Shown one piece after another: positions 10,879 to 18,657 of a DNA stretch of 20,000 nt. Position 1 is the first letter of the stretch; each line of letters begins with the position of its first letter. Under the pieces are notes generated by a model. That model was not told where the DNA came from. It was given only the letters and a program-made list of their open reading frames with translations, and ran no database searches. This DNA comes from an uncultured virus (IMG/VR IMGVR_UViG_3300028591_000115). Lineage: Duplodnaviria; Heunggongvirae; Uroviricota; Caudoviricetes. A program made the position numbers and the translations under genes. The stretch lies in the IMG/VR virus record IMGVR_UViG_3300028591_000115; one strand, written 5' to 3'.

Positions 10879-11412
10879 ATGAAGGTATATCTTGCAGGTC
10901 CAGTAGTTACAAATGATCCTATAGTGAAACAACAAATGGAAACTTTAGAAACAACACTTAATAATATGCGCATCTATAATAGATATTCTGATATAGAAAA
11001 AGAATATGTGGAAGTCTATCGTCCAGGTAAACATAAAGTCCCTAATGCATGGGGTATTGATATGGCAACTTGGGGTCAATGTGTATTTACAATGGATGTT
11101 ATTGCTATTGATAAATGTGAATGGATGGTGCTCGCAGATTATGGTCGACAAGCCACTGCCGGCACAAGCTGGGAAGCTGGATATGCTTTTGCAAAGGGAA
11201 TTAAAATTCTTGTCGTACAGATGCCTGGTGTAGAAGAATCTAGTCTTATGACACAAGGCTGTGCCGCAAACATTTGTAAGTACGAAGATTTTATTTCTGG
11301 CATTGATTGCGATGAACGTAATTGTGCTGTATATGATGAAATTTGGGATCATAAATATGAACACTTCTTTTTTGAGCGTGGTCGTAAACCACAAGAAAGG
11401 GTGTTAAATTAA
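10879..11412 (+). CDS. Nucleoside 2-deoxyribosyltransferase / N-glycosidase family protein
   Basis: Motifs KVYLAGP, MDVIAIDKCEWMV and GTSWEAGYAFAKG (catalytic Glu) match the NDT family. Confidence 0.85.
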   Translation: MKVYLAGPVVTNDPIVKQQMETLETTLNNMRIYNRYSDIEKEYVEVYRPGKHKVPNAWGIDMATWGQCVFTMDVIAIDKCEWMVLADYGRQATAGTSWEAGYAFAKGIKILVVQMPGVEESSLMTQGCAANICKYEDFISGIDCDERNCAVYDEIWDHKYEHFFFERGRKPQERVLN

Positions 11413-11771
11413 TGTCAAAATATTTTGAAGAAGAACTAAAACGTAAAAATATAGAATATTATATTCCGCGCATGGAAAATATTTTAGCAGTACGAGAAGG
11501 TCAGGTGAACAATATGATACAATGTTTTGAATGTTTTTATAGCATGTTTGGTAAATGCCCGGTTGATGGACACAAAGGCAATGCCGCATGTTTACAATTA
11601 CAAAAATCTTATTTTGATATGTCGCGCAAAGAATTAGAAGAAGTTACTGAAGAAGAATATAAAAAAGCTTTGCAAAATGCTGCGCAAATGTATCATATAA
11701 GAATGGATTATATTGCAAATATTTTTAAAGGAAAAGAGGAACATACTGATGAAGAAATATCAATTCATTGA
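11412..11771 (+). CDS. Hypothetical protein, 119 aa
   Basis: TAATG coupling to the upstream gene; intact ORF. Confidence 0.7.
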   Translation: MSKYFEEELKRKNIEYYIPRMENILAVREGQVNNMIQCFECFYSMFGKCPVDGHKGNAACLQLQKSYFDMSRKELEEVTEEEYKKALQNAAQMYHIRMDYIANIFKGKEEHTDEEISIH

Positions 11772-11976
11772 TGAGCATCCTACGGCAGGTTGTTTTACTG
11801 CTATTGTTCTTGTAGCATTAGCTATTTTTTTTGGGCCTTGGATTGTAATGCATGCATGGACTCTTATCGCAGTTAATATGTTTGGAGCTCCGGCAATGTC
11901 GTACTGGACCGCCTTCTTTGGCACCTGGGCCGCGCATATAATTTTTTCCAGAATGGATGTTAGAAAAGACGATTAA
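11749..11976 (+). CDS. Small membrane protein
   Basis: ATG at 11749 after GAGG; two hydrophobic segments. Confidence 0.7.
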   Translation: MKKYQFIDEHPTAGCFTAIVLVALAIFFGPWIVMHAWTLIAVNMFGAPAMSYWTAFFGTWAAHIIFSRMDVRKDD

Positions 11977-11989
11977 GGAGTTTCCCGCA

Positions 11990-12718
11990 ATGGATATGGA
12001 TACAATGTTAGGTTTATCTTTTGGCATCGTTGGTGGATGTATATTATTGGCATTAGTTCCTTGGTGGCTGTTGTTAGCTGTGGGAGTAGGATGTGTACTT
12101 CCATGGTACAAGAGATGGCGTTTCAAATGGATCGAGCCCGCAGAGGTTAAAAAGTTTATAGACTTTTCCAACATTGGGTATGGAACAATAGGAGATCTTG
12201 AAAAGATGATGTTCATCGGAATGTCAGAGGATAAAACTATTCGTTGGTGGTACTGGCGTGGCGATGATGGAGTCAAGGATTATCTGGTGCCGCAAGCTGT
12301 TGATGATGGTCAGATATATTGGAATAAAAAATTAGAGATTAAGAATCCTGTGCTATTGAAACATTTGCACGGTTTTATGGATATGGGCAATGAATGGCCT
12401 GCTTTTTATAAAATGACCAATAAGCAGATTGAGCATGTGCGGCAAATGCATAAAAAACAAGAGAAGAAGCAGAAAAAAGGAAATGCTAACATGATCAAGC
12501 ATCCTTGTTCTTTTGCGCCCGAGGATATAAAGGTTGTAGCGAGTGATTTGCCGCGAGCCGATTATGCGACCGTAGACCTGGACAAGAATAATATGAATGC
12601 AGCAACTGCGGCGATGGCTTCAGATGCTGAACTTTTGGAATTACAAAAAGCCGTGAAGGAACTTGAAGAAGAAATTCATGGTAGATGCCCTACTCTTGAA
12701 ATTAATGTAAATCCGTGA
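11990..12718 (+). CDS. Membrane-anchored hypothetical protein
   Basis: ATG at 11990 after AAGGAG (alternative start 11957); N-terminal hydrophobic hairpin. Confidence 0.7.
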   Translation: MDMDTMLGLSFGIVGGCILLALVPWWLLLAVGVGCVLPWYKRWRFKWIEPAEVKKFIDFSNIGYGTIGDLEKMMFIGMSEDKTIRWWYWRGDDGVKDYLVPQAVDDGQIYWNKKLEIKNPVLLKHLHGFMDMGNEWPAFYKMTNKQIEHVRQMHKKQEKKQKKGNANMIKHPCSFAPEDIKVVASDLPRADYATVDLDKNNMNAATAAMASDAELLELQKAVKELEEEIHGRCPTLEINVNP

Positions 12719-12931
12719 TCCGAAATTGAAAATACTTTTGGAGTGGGAATGGTCCAGGCAAAGAGCTTTTTTCAAAAAATAATAATTTTTTTCCCGAAAG
12801 TGGCCCCGGGGTCTAGCCTATCAGCAACATGCGTGTTGGTAGGCTTTTCACATGCCTAGGGTGCGAAAGTTTTTTGTTTTTAAGCTGACAAAAAAATAGG
12901 TAGGTAGTCTGGGGTCTCGCCAAACGCGCAC

Positions 12932-12958
12932 CCGGGCGTGCATGGTCAGCACGCCCGG
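12932..12958. repeat. GC-rich inter-cassette hairpin H1
   Basis: CCGGGCGTGC-ATGGTCA-GCACGCCCGG followed by CATTT. Confidence 0.8.
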
Positions 12959-13009
12959 CATTTAAGCCAAAGCAAGGGTTACACATTTTCGCCAGCGCAT
13001 CGATACACA

Positions 13010-13059
13010 TGTAACCAGCATGTAACTATCCTGTAACCATGGGATCCCTCTCATGTAAC
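13010..13059 (+). repeat. Phased TGTAAC direct repeats with 11-bp period
   Basis: TGTAAC at 13010, 13021, 13032 and 13054. Confidence 0.85.
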
Positions 13060-13184
13060 CCTCGGGATGTCAAATCTGGTAAGGTAAATGTTACAAAAAG
13101 TTAAGAAACTTTCGCTTGCTTTGTAACACCCTCTGTGCTATAATAAGAGTGTCCCAAGAGGGAACAGAAAGAGAGGGTTACATC

Positions 13185-13538
13185 ATGAACAAGATCATCG
13201 CTACCGCTACCGCCATCACTATCGCTTTGATTCTGACTTTTGCAACCATGATTCCGGCATCCGCTGAAGTGGGCGATCGTGGCGAGTTCTACCCCCGGCT
13301 GACCGTAGTAGTCGGCTATGAGCGCATCGGCGACACTGACATGTGGATCATCGACTGCATGGACAAGGATGGACAGGTCTGGAGCTTCTACGGAGAAGAA
13401 GAGGACGCACACATCGGCATCATGTTCAACCTGCTGATGTGGAACATGGGCGAAGTTGAAGAAGATGACGAGATCATCGAAGCGTATTACGAAGGACGCA
13501 TGGACACAATGCAAATGATGAAGTGGATGGAAGATTAA
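13185..13538 (+). CDS. Secreted/exported small acidic protein
   Basis: Own promoter and RBS. Signal peptide MNKIIATATAITIALILTFATMIPASA ends in an A-x-A cleavage site. Confidence 0.8.
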   Translation: MNKIIATATAITIALILTFATMIPASAEVGDRGEFYPRLTVVVGYERIGDTDMWIIDCMDKDGQVWSFYGEEEDAHIGIMFNLLMWNMGEVEEDDEIIEAYYEGRMDTMQMMKWMED

Positions 13539-13638
13539 AAAAAAATTGTTACAAAAGTATTAAACATTCAAAAAAGGGGTTGTAATGCAACCCCTTTTGT
13601 GGTATACTCTTATCAGATCAAGAGAGGAGGACACCACG

Positions 13639-14040
13639 ATGACTTACTACTGGGACATGGACGGAGTGCTCGCCAACTTCCACAAGGCTTACGCTAATGA
13701 CCGGGCTATCGCCCTCAAGCGTGAAGCGATGGCGAACCTTGAGCCCTTCATGGCCAACGTGGTTACCGTCCGGAATCTGATGGCTGAAGGCCACACCTGC
13801 TACATCCTCACCAAGGCCGCCAACGCTGAAGGCGCTGAAGGCAAGGTCGAGTGGCTCGCCAAGTACATCCCCGAGATGGACGAGGCCCACACCATCATCA
13901 TCACCAAGGGCCGCAAGGTTGACAACATCCGTGAGGATGGAATCCTGGTGGATGATGATGCCGCCAACACCCGGCAGTGGGAAAAGGCCGGACACAAGGC
14001 CATCCTCCTCACCACCAAGGGCGAGGCCGTCCGGATCTGA
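13639..14040 (+). CDS. HAD-superfamily phosphatase, 5'(3')-deoxyribonucleotidase-like (paralog 1)
   Basis: Motif I WDMDGVLANF, motif II ILT, K..WL, motif IV ILVDD; GGAGG RBS. Confidence 0.85.
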   Translation: MTYYWDMDGVLANFHKAYANDRAIALKREAMANLEPFMANVVTVRNLMAEGHTCYILTKAANAEGAEGKVEWLAKYIPEMDEAHTIIITKGRKVDNIREDGILVDDDAANTRQWEKAGHKAILLTTKGEAVRI

Positions 14041-14066
14041 CCAGATCCGATAATGTAAAATCTGGT

Positions 14067-14096
14067 AAGCTGATCCAAACAAGGATCAGCTTCTTT
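14067..14096 (+). terminator. Intrinsic terminator
   Basis: AAGCTGATCC/GGATCAGCTT stem followed by CTTT. Confidence 0.7.
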
Positions 14097-14157
14097 AATT
14101 TGTCAAATCTGGTAAACGCAATTTTGCTTTACATCGATGTAAATAAAAAGTTTTCGC

Positions 14158-14184
14158 AGGCGCGCGGCCGGTCGCCGCGCGCCT
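14158..14184. repeat. GC-rich inter-cassette hairpin H2
   Basis: AGGCGCGCGGC-CGGTC-GCCGCGCGCCT. Confidence 0.85.
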
Positions 14185-14309
14185 TGTTCGCGTAGTAAGT
14201 GGATCCCAACAAAAAAAGTTTGCAAAAAGTGCGCCAAAGGTGTTGACACAACCGCCCGAATGTGCTATACTAACAGTGTCAAGAGGGAGAGAGCAAGGAG
14301 GTCACCACC

Positions 14310-14618
14310 ATGATCAACATCAGGAGCATCAACAAGCTGCAGGACAACGACGGGCTGACGCTCAAGGCAGGCAAGCCTATCACCTACAAGACTGGTTGGC
14401 AGGTCGCCACAGAAGGCGTCGAGTGCAAGACGGCTCGTGAGTGCATCAAGGCTGTCAAGGCGTATGGTGGTAACTGCGGCGTGTGGTACAGCGAAGGGAT
14501 CTATTACGTGGACAAGAGCCACAGGGTAAACACGAAGCGCGAAGCCATGACCATTGGCAAGGCTTGCAATCAGATCAGCGTCCTGCGGTGGCGTGACATG
14601 GGCCTTGCCTACTGCTAA
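14310..14618 (+). CDS. Hypothetical early protein, 102 aa
   Basis: Own promoter, AAGGAGGT RBS, TAA stop. Confidence 0.85.
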   Translation: MINIRSINKLQDNDGLTLKAGKPITYKTGWQVATEGVECKTARECIKAVKAYGGNCGVWYSEGIYYVDKSHRVNTKREAMTIGKACNQISVLRWRDMGLAYC

Positions 14619-14696
14619 AAAAAGTTTGTAAAAAGTGTTGACAAACCGCATGTAATGTGCTATACTTACATCATCAAGAGAGAGGAGCGCAAGGCA

Positions 14697-14846
14697 ATGA
14701 GCAAGTGGTACACAGTCAATCATGGAGCAATCACACTGGAGCAGACCTTCAACACCTACGAGGAAGCCGAGCTGATGGCCATGGCCATGGCAGTGACTGA
14801 CCAGCACGTGTGGCATGTGGAGATGGTGATCGGTTGGGATCGGTGA
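14697..14846 (+). CDS. Hypothetical early protein, 49 aa
   Basis: Own promoter, GAGGAG RBS. Confidence 0.7.
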   Translation: MSKWYTVNHGAITLEQTFNTYEEAELMAMAMAVTDQHVWHVEMVIGWDR

Positions 14847-14865
14847 CCCCAGCCTTTTCATTTGC

Positions 14866-14892
14866 ACGCGCGCCAGCGGGCCTGGCGCGCGT
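14866..14892. repeat. GC-rich inter-cassette hairpin H3
   Basis: ACGCGCGCCAG-CGGGC-CTGGCGCGCGT. Confidence 0.85.
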
Positions 14893-14985
14893 TATTGCGC
14901 TATAGAACAGGATCCAGAAAAATTTATTTCGGGAAATGTGAAAAAAAGTGTTGACTTCTGATCCCGTTTCTGCTATACTATCATC

Positions 14986-15042
14986 AGTGAGAGAGAGTAG
15001 CAACTCTTGAAGGGCGCTCGACAGAGCCAGAGGTGGCCCACC
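14986..15042 (+). ncRNA. Small structured RNA, family copy C (short form)
   Basis: Promoter 14951-14979 has no ORF before the next promoter. Core ACTCTT..GGGC-GCTC-GACA-GAGC-N8-GCCC matches copies A and B. Confidence 0.6.
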
Positions 15043-15134
15043 AAAAAAAACTGCTACAAATTTTGAAAAAACCCTTGACAGGATCAGCAAAAGGTGCTAT
15101 ACTCTTATCAGATCAAGAGAGGAGCGGATGAACG

Positions 15135-15401
15135 ATGATGAACTACGAAGTCAAGAGCTACAGCTTCTTCCGGACGCCCAATGGTGGAGCCGATTATGTC
15201 AATGATGGAAAGCTGTTCCACCTGTCCGCTGAAATGCTGAATTGCCTGCTGAATCAGTATAAGGTCATGGGCTTCAAAGTGATCTTTGACAACGACAGCT
15301 TCGTGAGCGTTGCCAAAGTCACCAACGAAATTGAAGTGTTCAGCGCTCGCATGGATGAAATGGCGCGCAACCTGCGGGAAGCTCGCGCAGAAAATAAATA
15401 A
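15135..15401 (+). CDS. Hypothetical early protein, 88 aa
   Basis: Own promoter, GAGGAG RBS, TAA stop. Confidence 0.8.
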   Translation: MMNYEVKSYSFFRTPNGGADYVNDGKLFHLSAEMLNCLLNQYKVMGFKVIFDNDSFVSVAKVTNEIEVFSARMDEMARNLREARAENK

Positions 15402-15482
15402 AAAAAATTCAAAAAAAGGGTTGACAAAAAACCCGATCCATGTTAGAATAAATCATCGAAAGAAGCAAGGGAGGACGAAACG

Positions 15483-15710
15483 ATGATCCGTGAAAGCAAG
15501 ATGACCTTCAAGCAGGTGGGTGCCCAGTCCGTTGACATTTACTGCCAGACCCGGGATGACAATGGCCCGTGGCAGAAGCAGGGGATCATCCCGATCCGGG
15601 GCACCGTGGAAGAGGTCATGGCCCAGCAGATGGCCAATCAGGAGCGGTGGGGCTGGACTCCCTACGACATCGAGGACGGCGACACCCTCACCTTCTGGAA
15701 GGAGTTCTGA
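15483..15710 (+). CDS. Hypothetical early protein, 75 aa
   Basis: Own promoter, GGAGG RBS. Confidence 0.8.
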   Translation: MIRESKMTFKQVGAQSVDIYCQTRDDNGPWQKQGIIPIRGTVEEVMAQQMANQERWGWTPYDIEDGDTLTFWKEF

Positions 15711-15770
15711 TCGCTCCAGAAGAATAAAAAAAGTGTTGACAAACTGATTGACCTATGATACAATAACAAT

Positions 15771-15832
15771 GTCGGGAGGGGTTACTCAATCAACCCTCAG
15801 AAGTAGCCGTAAAAAGTAGGGAACCTCCCGAC
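15771..15832 (+). ncRNA. Structured 5' leader (closed stem enclosing a probable pseudoknot)
   Basis: GTCGGGAGG (15771-79) pairs with CCTCCCGAC (15824-32). Inside, GGTTACT/AGTAGCC and CCCT/AGGG cross each other. Confidence 0.55.
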
Positions 15833-15859
15833 CACTTAAAACAATAGGAGGAAACAAAA

Positions 15860-16081
15860 ATGATGACCATGACAAGACAATTCACAATCGGCGATCTAGC
15901 ACTGTTCAACCTCATGCAGGATGTGCGGAACATGGTAGATGATTTCACCGCTGATAAGTTCGGCCCAAAGGTCAAAATGACCGCTGAAGAATTCGCCGAT
16001 CTGATGGATCACATGGCGAAAAGCGCAAGGAACCTGGCCCAGGCCGAAGCCGTAAAGGCTGAACGCTCCAAGCGCACCTAA
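15860..16081 (+). CDS. Hypothetical early protein, 73 aa
   Basis: AGGAGG RBS, TAA stop, followed by a hairpin and U-tract. Confidence 0.8.
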   Translation: MMTMTRQFTIGDLALFNLMQDVRNMVDDFTADKFGPKVKMTAEEFADLMDHMAKSARNLAQAEAVKAERSKRT

Positions 16082-16136
16082 CACAGACGCAGCCCCCTCT
16101 CGCTTCTCTCCTTTCAGGCGGGAGGGTTTCTTTTTG

Positions 16137-16165
16137 GCCGACCGCGCGCGACCGGCGCGGTCGGC
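16137..16165. repeat. GC-rich inter-cassette hairpin H4 (loop inverted)
   Basis: GCCGACCGCGC-GCGACCG-GCGCGGTCGGC-ATTT; the loop reads CGGTC on the minus strand. Confidence 0.8.
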
Positions 16166-16210
16166 ATTTGAGTTGTAAAGGGGTCTCAGGGTTTGTGCTT
16201 GCGAAAGGGT

Positions 16211-16328
16211 AAAAAAAAGAGCGGGGATCGGACTCCCGCAATGCCATCGGCTTTTGTTTTGCTGGGCTCGCCCGGCTCCGTGAGGAGCGCCCTAGAGGAG
16301 TGCCGGTGGATCACTACCATCTCCCTGT
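16211..16328 (-). ncRNA. Small structured RNA, family copy A
   Basis: Minus-strand promoter at 16335-16363, no ORF, ends in a hairpin plus U-tract. Aligns end to end with 19646-19752 with compensatory changes. Confidence 0.8.
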
Positions 16329-16334
16329 GACTAT

Positions 16335-16363
16335 AAGATATCATACTTTGCTCTATTTGTCAA
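16335..16363 (-). promoter_or_regulatory. sigma-A promoter of the inverted ncRNA cassette
   Basis: TTGACA-17 bp-TATCTT with a TG extension and upstream A-tracts on the minus strand. Confidence 0.75.
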
Positions 16364-16496
16364 CTACTTTTTGCAATTTTCTTCAACTTTTTTTTGAAGA
16401 AAATAAATTGTTACAATTTTGTTAAATCTGCGAAAAAGGGGTTGTATTCTGATCCGATCTATGGTAATATAATGGTGCGAAAGGAAGGTGCTCTGA

Positions 16497-16931
16497 ATGA
16501 AGATCTGGTTCGACATGGATGGAACGATCGCCGATCTGTACGGCGTGACTGATTGGCTCCCGGCTCTGATCGCCGAAGATACCCGCCCTTACGAAGTGGC
16601 GAAGGGGATCGGCAATCTCGCTCTGATCGCTCGGCTCCTCAACAAGGTGCAGGCGAACGGTCACGAGATTGGAATCATCTCTTGGACGGCTAAAGCCGGA
16701 ACCGCCGGATACAACGCTCGGATTTACGCCGCAAAGGTTGGTTGGCTCGGCAAGCACCTTCCTTCCGTAAACTGGGACACGATCCTTGTCAAGCCCTACG
16801 GAACTGACAAGCGGGTTGCCACTGGTGGCGGGATCCTCTTCGATGATGAGGAACCGAACCGGATCGGATGGGGCGAAGGCGCCCACACTCCTGCCGAGAT
16901 CGTGGAAGTCCTCAAGGCTCTTACCAGATAA
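16497..16931 (+). CDS. HAD-superfamily phosphatase, 5'(3')-deoxyribonucleotidase-like (paralog 2)
   Basis: Motif I FDMDGTIADL, IIS, K..WL, ILFDD. Confidence 0.85.
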   Translation: MKIWFDMDGTIADLYGVTDWLPALIAEDTRPYEVAKGIGNLALIARLLNKVQANGHEIGIISWTAKAGTAGYNARIYAAKVGWLGKHLPSVNWDTILVKPYGTDKRVATGGGILFDDEEPNRIGWGEGAHTPAEIVEVLKALTR

Positions 16932-17015
16932 GACAATGTCAAATCTGGTAAACTAAAACTGACGCAGCACCCCTGACCTTCCTCCTTGGGTTGGGGGTTT
17001 TCCTTATTTTGTGGG

Positions 17016-17043
17016 CTGCGCGCCGGCGGTCGCCTGCGCGCAG
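17016..17043. repeat. GC-rich inter-cassette hairpin H5
   Basis: CTGCGCGC-CGGCGGTCGCCT-GCGCGCAG. Confidence 0.8.
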
Positions 17044-17161
17044 TATTTCGGCTAATTAGGAGGATCAGAAAAAATTTTTTTGAAAAAGTTGTGAAAAAAG
17101 GGTTGACAGATTATCCCTTATCGTGTATAATGACTACAGTAAGAAACAGGAGGTAACCACC

Positions 17162-17335
17162 ATGAAGCTGATCGCCACCGTCAACAATCTCCCCGCCAAC
17201 CTCTCCAAGTACGCTTGGATCACCGCTCGCGCTGTCGATGGCGAGCTCTGGTTCTACGGCGCTTGGTACGATGAGGATGGCGCTCGGGCTCAGGCTCGGG
17301 AGATCGACGGCATCGCCCTCAAGGTTGAGGGCTGA
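17162..17335 (+). CDS. Hypothetical early protein, 57 aa
   Basis: Own promoter, AGGAGGT RBS. Confidence 0.8.
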   Translation: MKLIATVNNLPANLSKYAWITARAVDGELWFYGAWYDEDGARAQAREIDGIALKVEG

Positions 17336-17402
17336 TGCTGAAAAAATTCAGCATCTATCCTGTTATAATAAGAGTGTAAGAAAGAGAGAGGAGTAAACGA
17401 AA

Positions 17403-17699
17403 ATGACTACCTACACCGATCTGATCCGCAAGATGGATAATCCCCGCTACGTTGGCAAGATGGACAAACCGGTCAAGCGGGTTAATAAAGTCTATGATCT
17501 GTTTATTGATGGATCTTACATCAAGACCGAATACCACAAGAACAACGATCAGCTTGCTATTGGTCGGCTGATGGATCACGCTCGATACTACATCGACAAG
17601 ATGAACCGGCTCGGCGGTGATCCCGCCGGTGAGATTGAGATCCGGATCACTGACAGGGATGGAAAAATTTCTTTCAAGAAATTTTCCAAAAACGCTTGA
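17403..17699 (+). CDS. Hypothetical early protein, 98 aa
   Basis: GAGGAG RBS; the TGA stop lies inside the TTGACA of the next promoter. Confidence 0.75.
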   Translation: MTTYTDLIRKMDNPRYVGKMDKPVKRVNKVYDLFIDGSYIKTEYHKNNDQLAIGRLMDHARYYIDKMNRLGGDPAGEIEIRITDRDGKISFKKFSKNA

Positions 17700-17754
17700 C
17701 AGGATCAAGCAAACCTGCTATAATGTAACCATCAAGAGAGAGGAGCGAAAGACA

Positions 17755-18030
17755 ATGACAAGCAAGAAATTCGCAGGACACGAAAAGGCCGCCGCTAAGA
17801 TCAACTACTACGAAGACGGCTCCATGGAACTGGTGAGCTACAAGACCGTGGTTGCCACGGTTGACCCCGAAGGTTGGGTGCACCTCAACGGCCTGTACAG
17901 CATGACCACGATCAAGCACATCGGTTGGTTCGCCCGGCTGATCGGTACGGACTACCACACGCTGAAAGGCCTCATGGTCGACCACAAGGACATGAACCTC
18001 AACACCGGCGAGGTGGTGGATTGGGAGTAA
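17755..18030 (+). CDS. Hypothetical early protein, 91 aa
   Basis: Own promoter, GAGGAG RBS, TAA stop inside the terminator loop. Confidence 0.8.
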   Translation: MTSKKFAGHEKAAAKINYYEDGSMELVSYKTVVATVDPEGWVHLNGLYSMTTIKHIGWFARLIGTDYHTLKGLMVDHKDMNLNTGEVVDWE

Positions 18031-18049
18031 TCCCAATCCTTTTTCTTTT
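18018..18049 (+). terminator. Intrinsic terminator
   Basis: GGATTGGGA-GTAA-TCCCAATCC followed by TTTTTCTTTT. Confidence 0.85.
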
Positions 18050-18051
18050 GA

Positions 18052-18080
18052 GCCGGTCGTTGCTGGGCGCGACGACCGGC
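18052..18080. repeat. GC-rich inter-cassette hairpin H6
   Basis: GCCGGTCGTTGC-TGGGC-GCGACGACCGGC-ATTT. Confidence 0.8.
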
Positions 18081-18192
18081 ATTTAGATTTTGGTAGGGTC
18101 TGCATAATTATACAATCGCATTGCATAAAAAAAGTGCTTGACAGCCGATCCTGTATCTGGTACAATAGTGGTGGAAAGGAAGGTGCTACCCC

Positions 18193-18627
18193 ATGACTGA
18201 ACTGACTGCGATCCGTGACTTCGTTGAGCTGATCACCGGCATCCGCCCTGTGATCGCACGCAAGCGTGACGATTGGTCTGTTATTTCCGAAGCCGACTCC
18301 ATGCGGATGACCGTCCCCACGGTCTACACCGGCTCCGAAACTGACAAGGCTTTCCGCAAGGACTTTGTGAGCCGTTGCCCTCTTGCCCGGGGCTTCGCTG
18401 ATGTTACCATTAGCATCCTGCACGAGATGGGGCACTTCGCCACCCGTGACAACTTCAACAGCGATGTGTACACCGCACAAGTTGAGGAAGCCGGCGCCGA
18501 CATGGAAAAATACATGGCGATCCCTTACGAGATGCTCGCCACCTGTTGGGCGATCTGTTGGCTGATGGATCCGGACAACCGGAAAGAAGCCAAAAATTTT
18601 GAGAAAAATTTCTTCGGAAGGGGTTGA
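18193..18627 (+). CDS. HExxH zinc-metallopeptidase-like early protein
   Basis: ILHEMGHF motif with a downstream Glu (PYE..A); own promoter and RBS. Confidence 0.7.
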   Translation: MTELTAIRDFVELITGIRPVIARKRDDWSVISEADSMRMTVPTVYTGSETDKAFRKDFVSRCPLARGFADVTISILHEMGHFATRDNFNSDVYTAQVEEAGADMEKYMAIPYEMLATCWAICWLMDPDNRKEAKNFEKNFFGRG

Positions 18628-18657
18628 CAAACCGCCCCGGATCTGATACAATGATCA

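Noticed and set aside
15771..15832. Twister ribozyme or canonical preQ1-I riboswitch
   Set aside because: The resemblance is superficial. I could not find the twister cleavage strand or the conserved preQ1 loop nucleotides, so it is kept as an unassigned structure.
13101..18651. Long minus-strand ORFs such as 17674..18651, 14265..14867 and 16422..16886
   Set aside because: These are antisense shadows caused by GC3-rich codon use. They cross promoters and terminators of the plus-strand cassettes.
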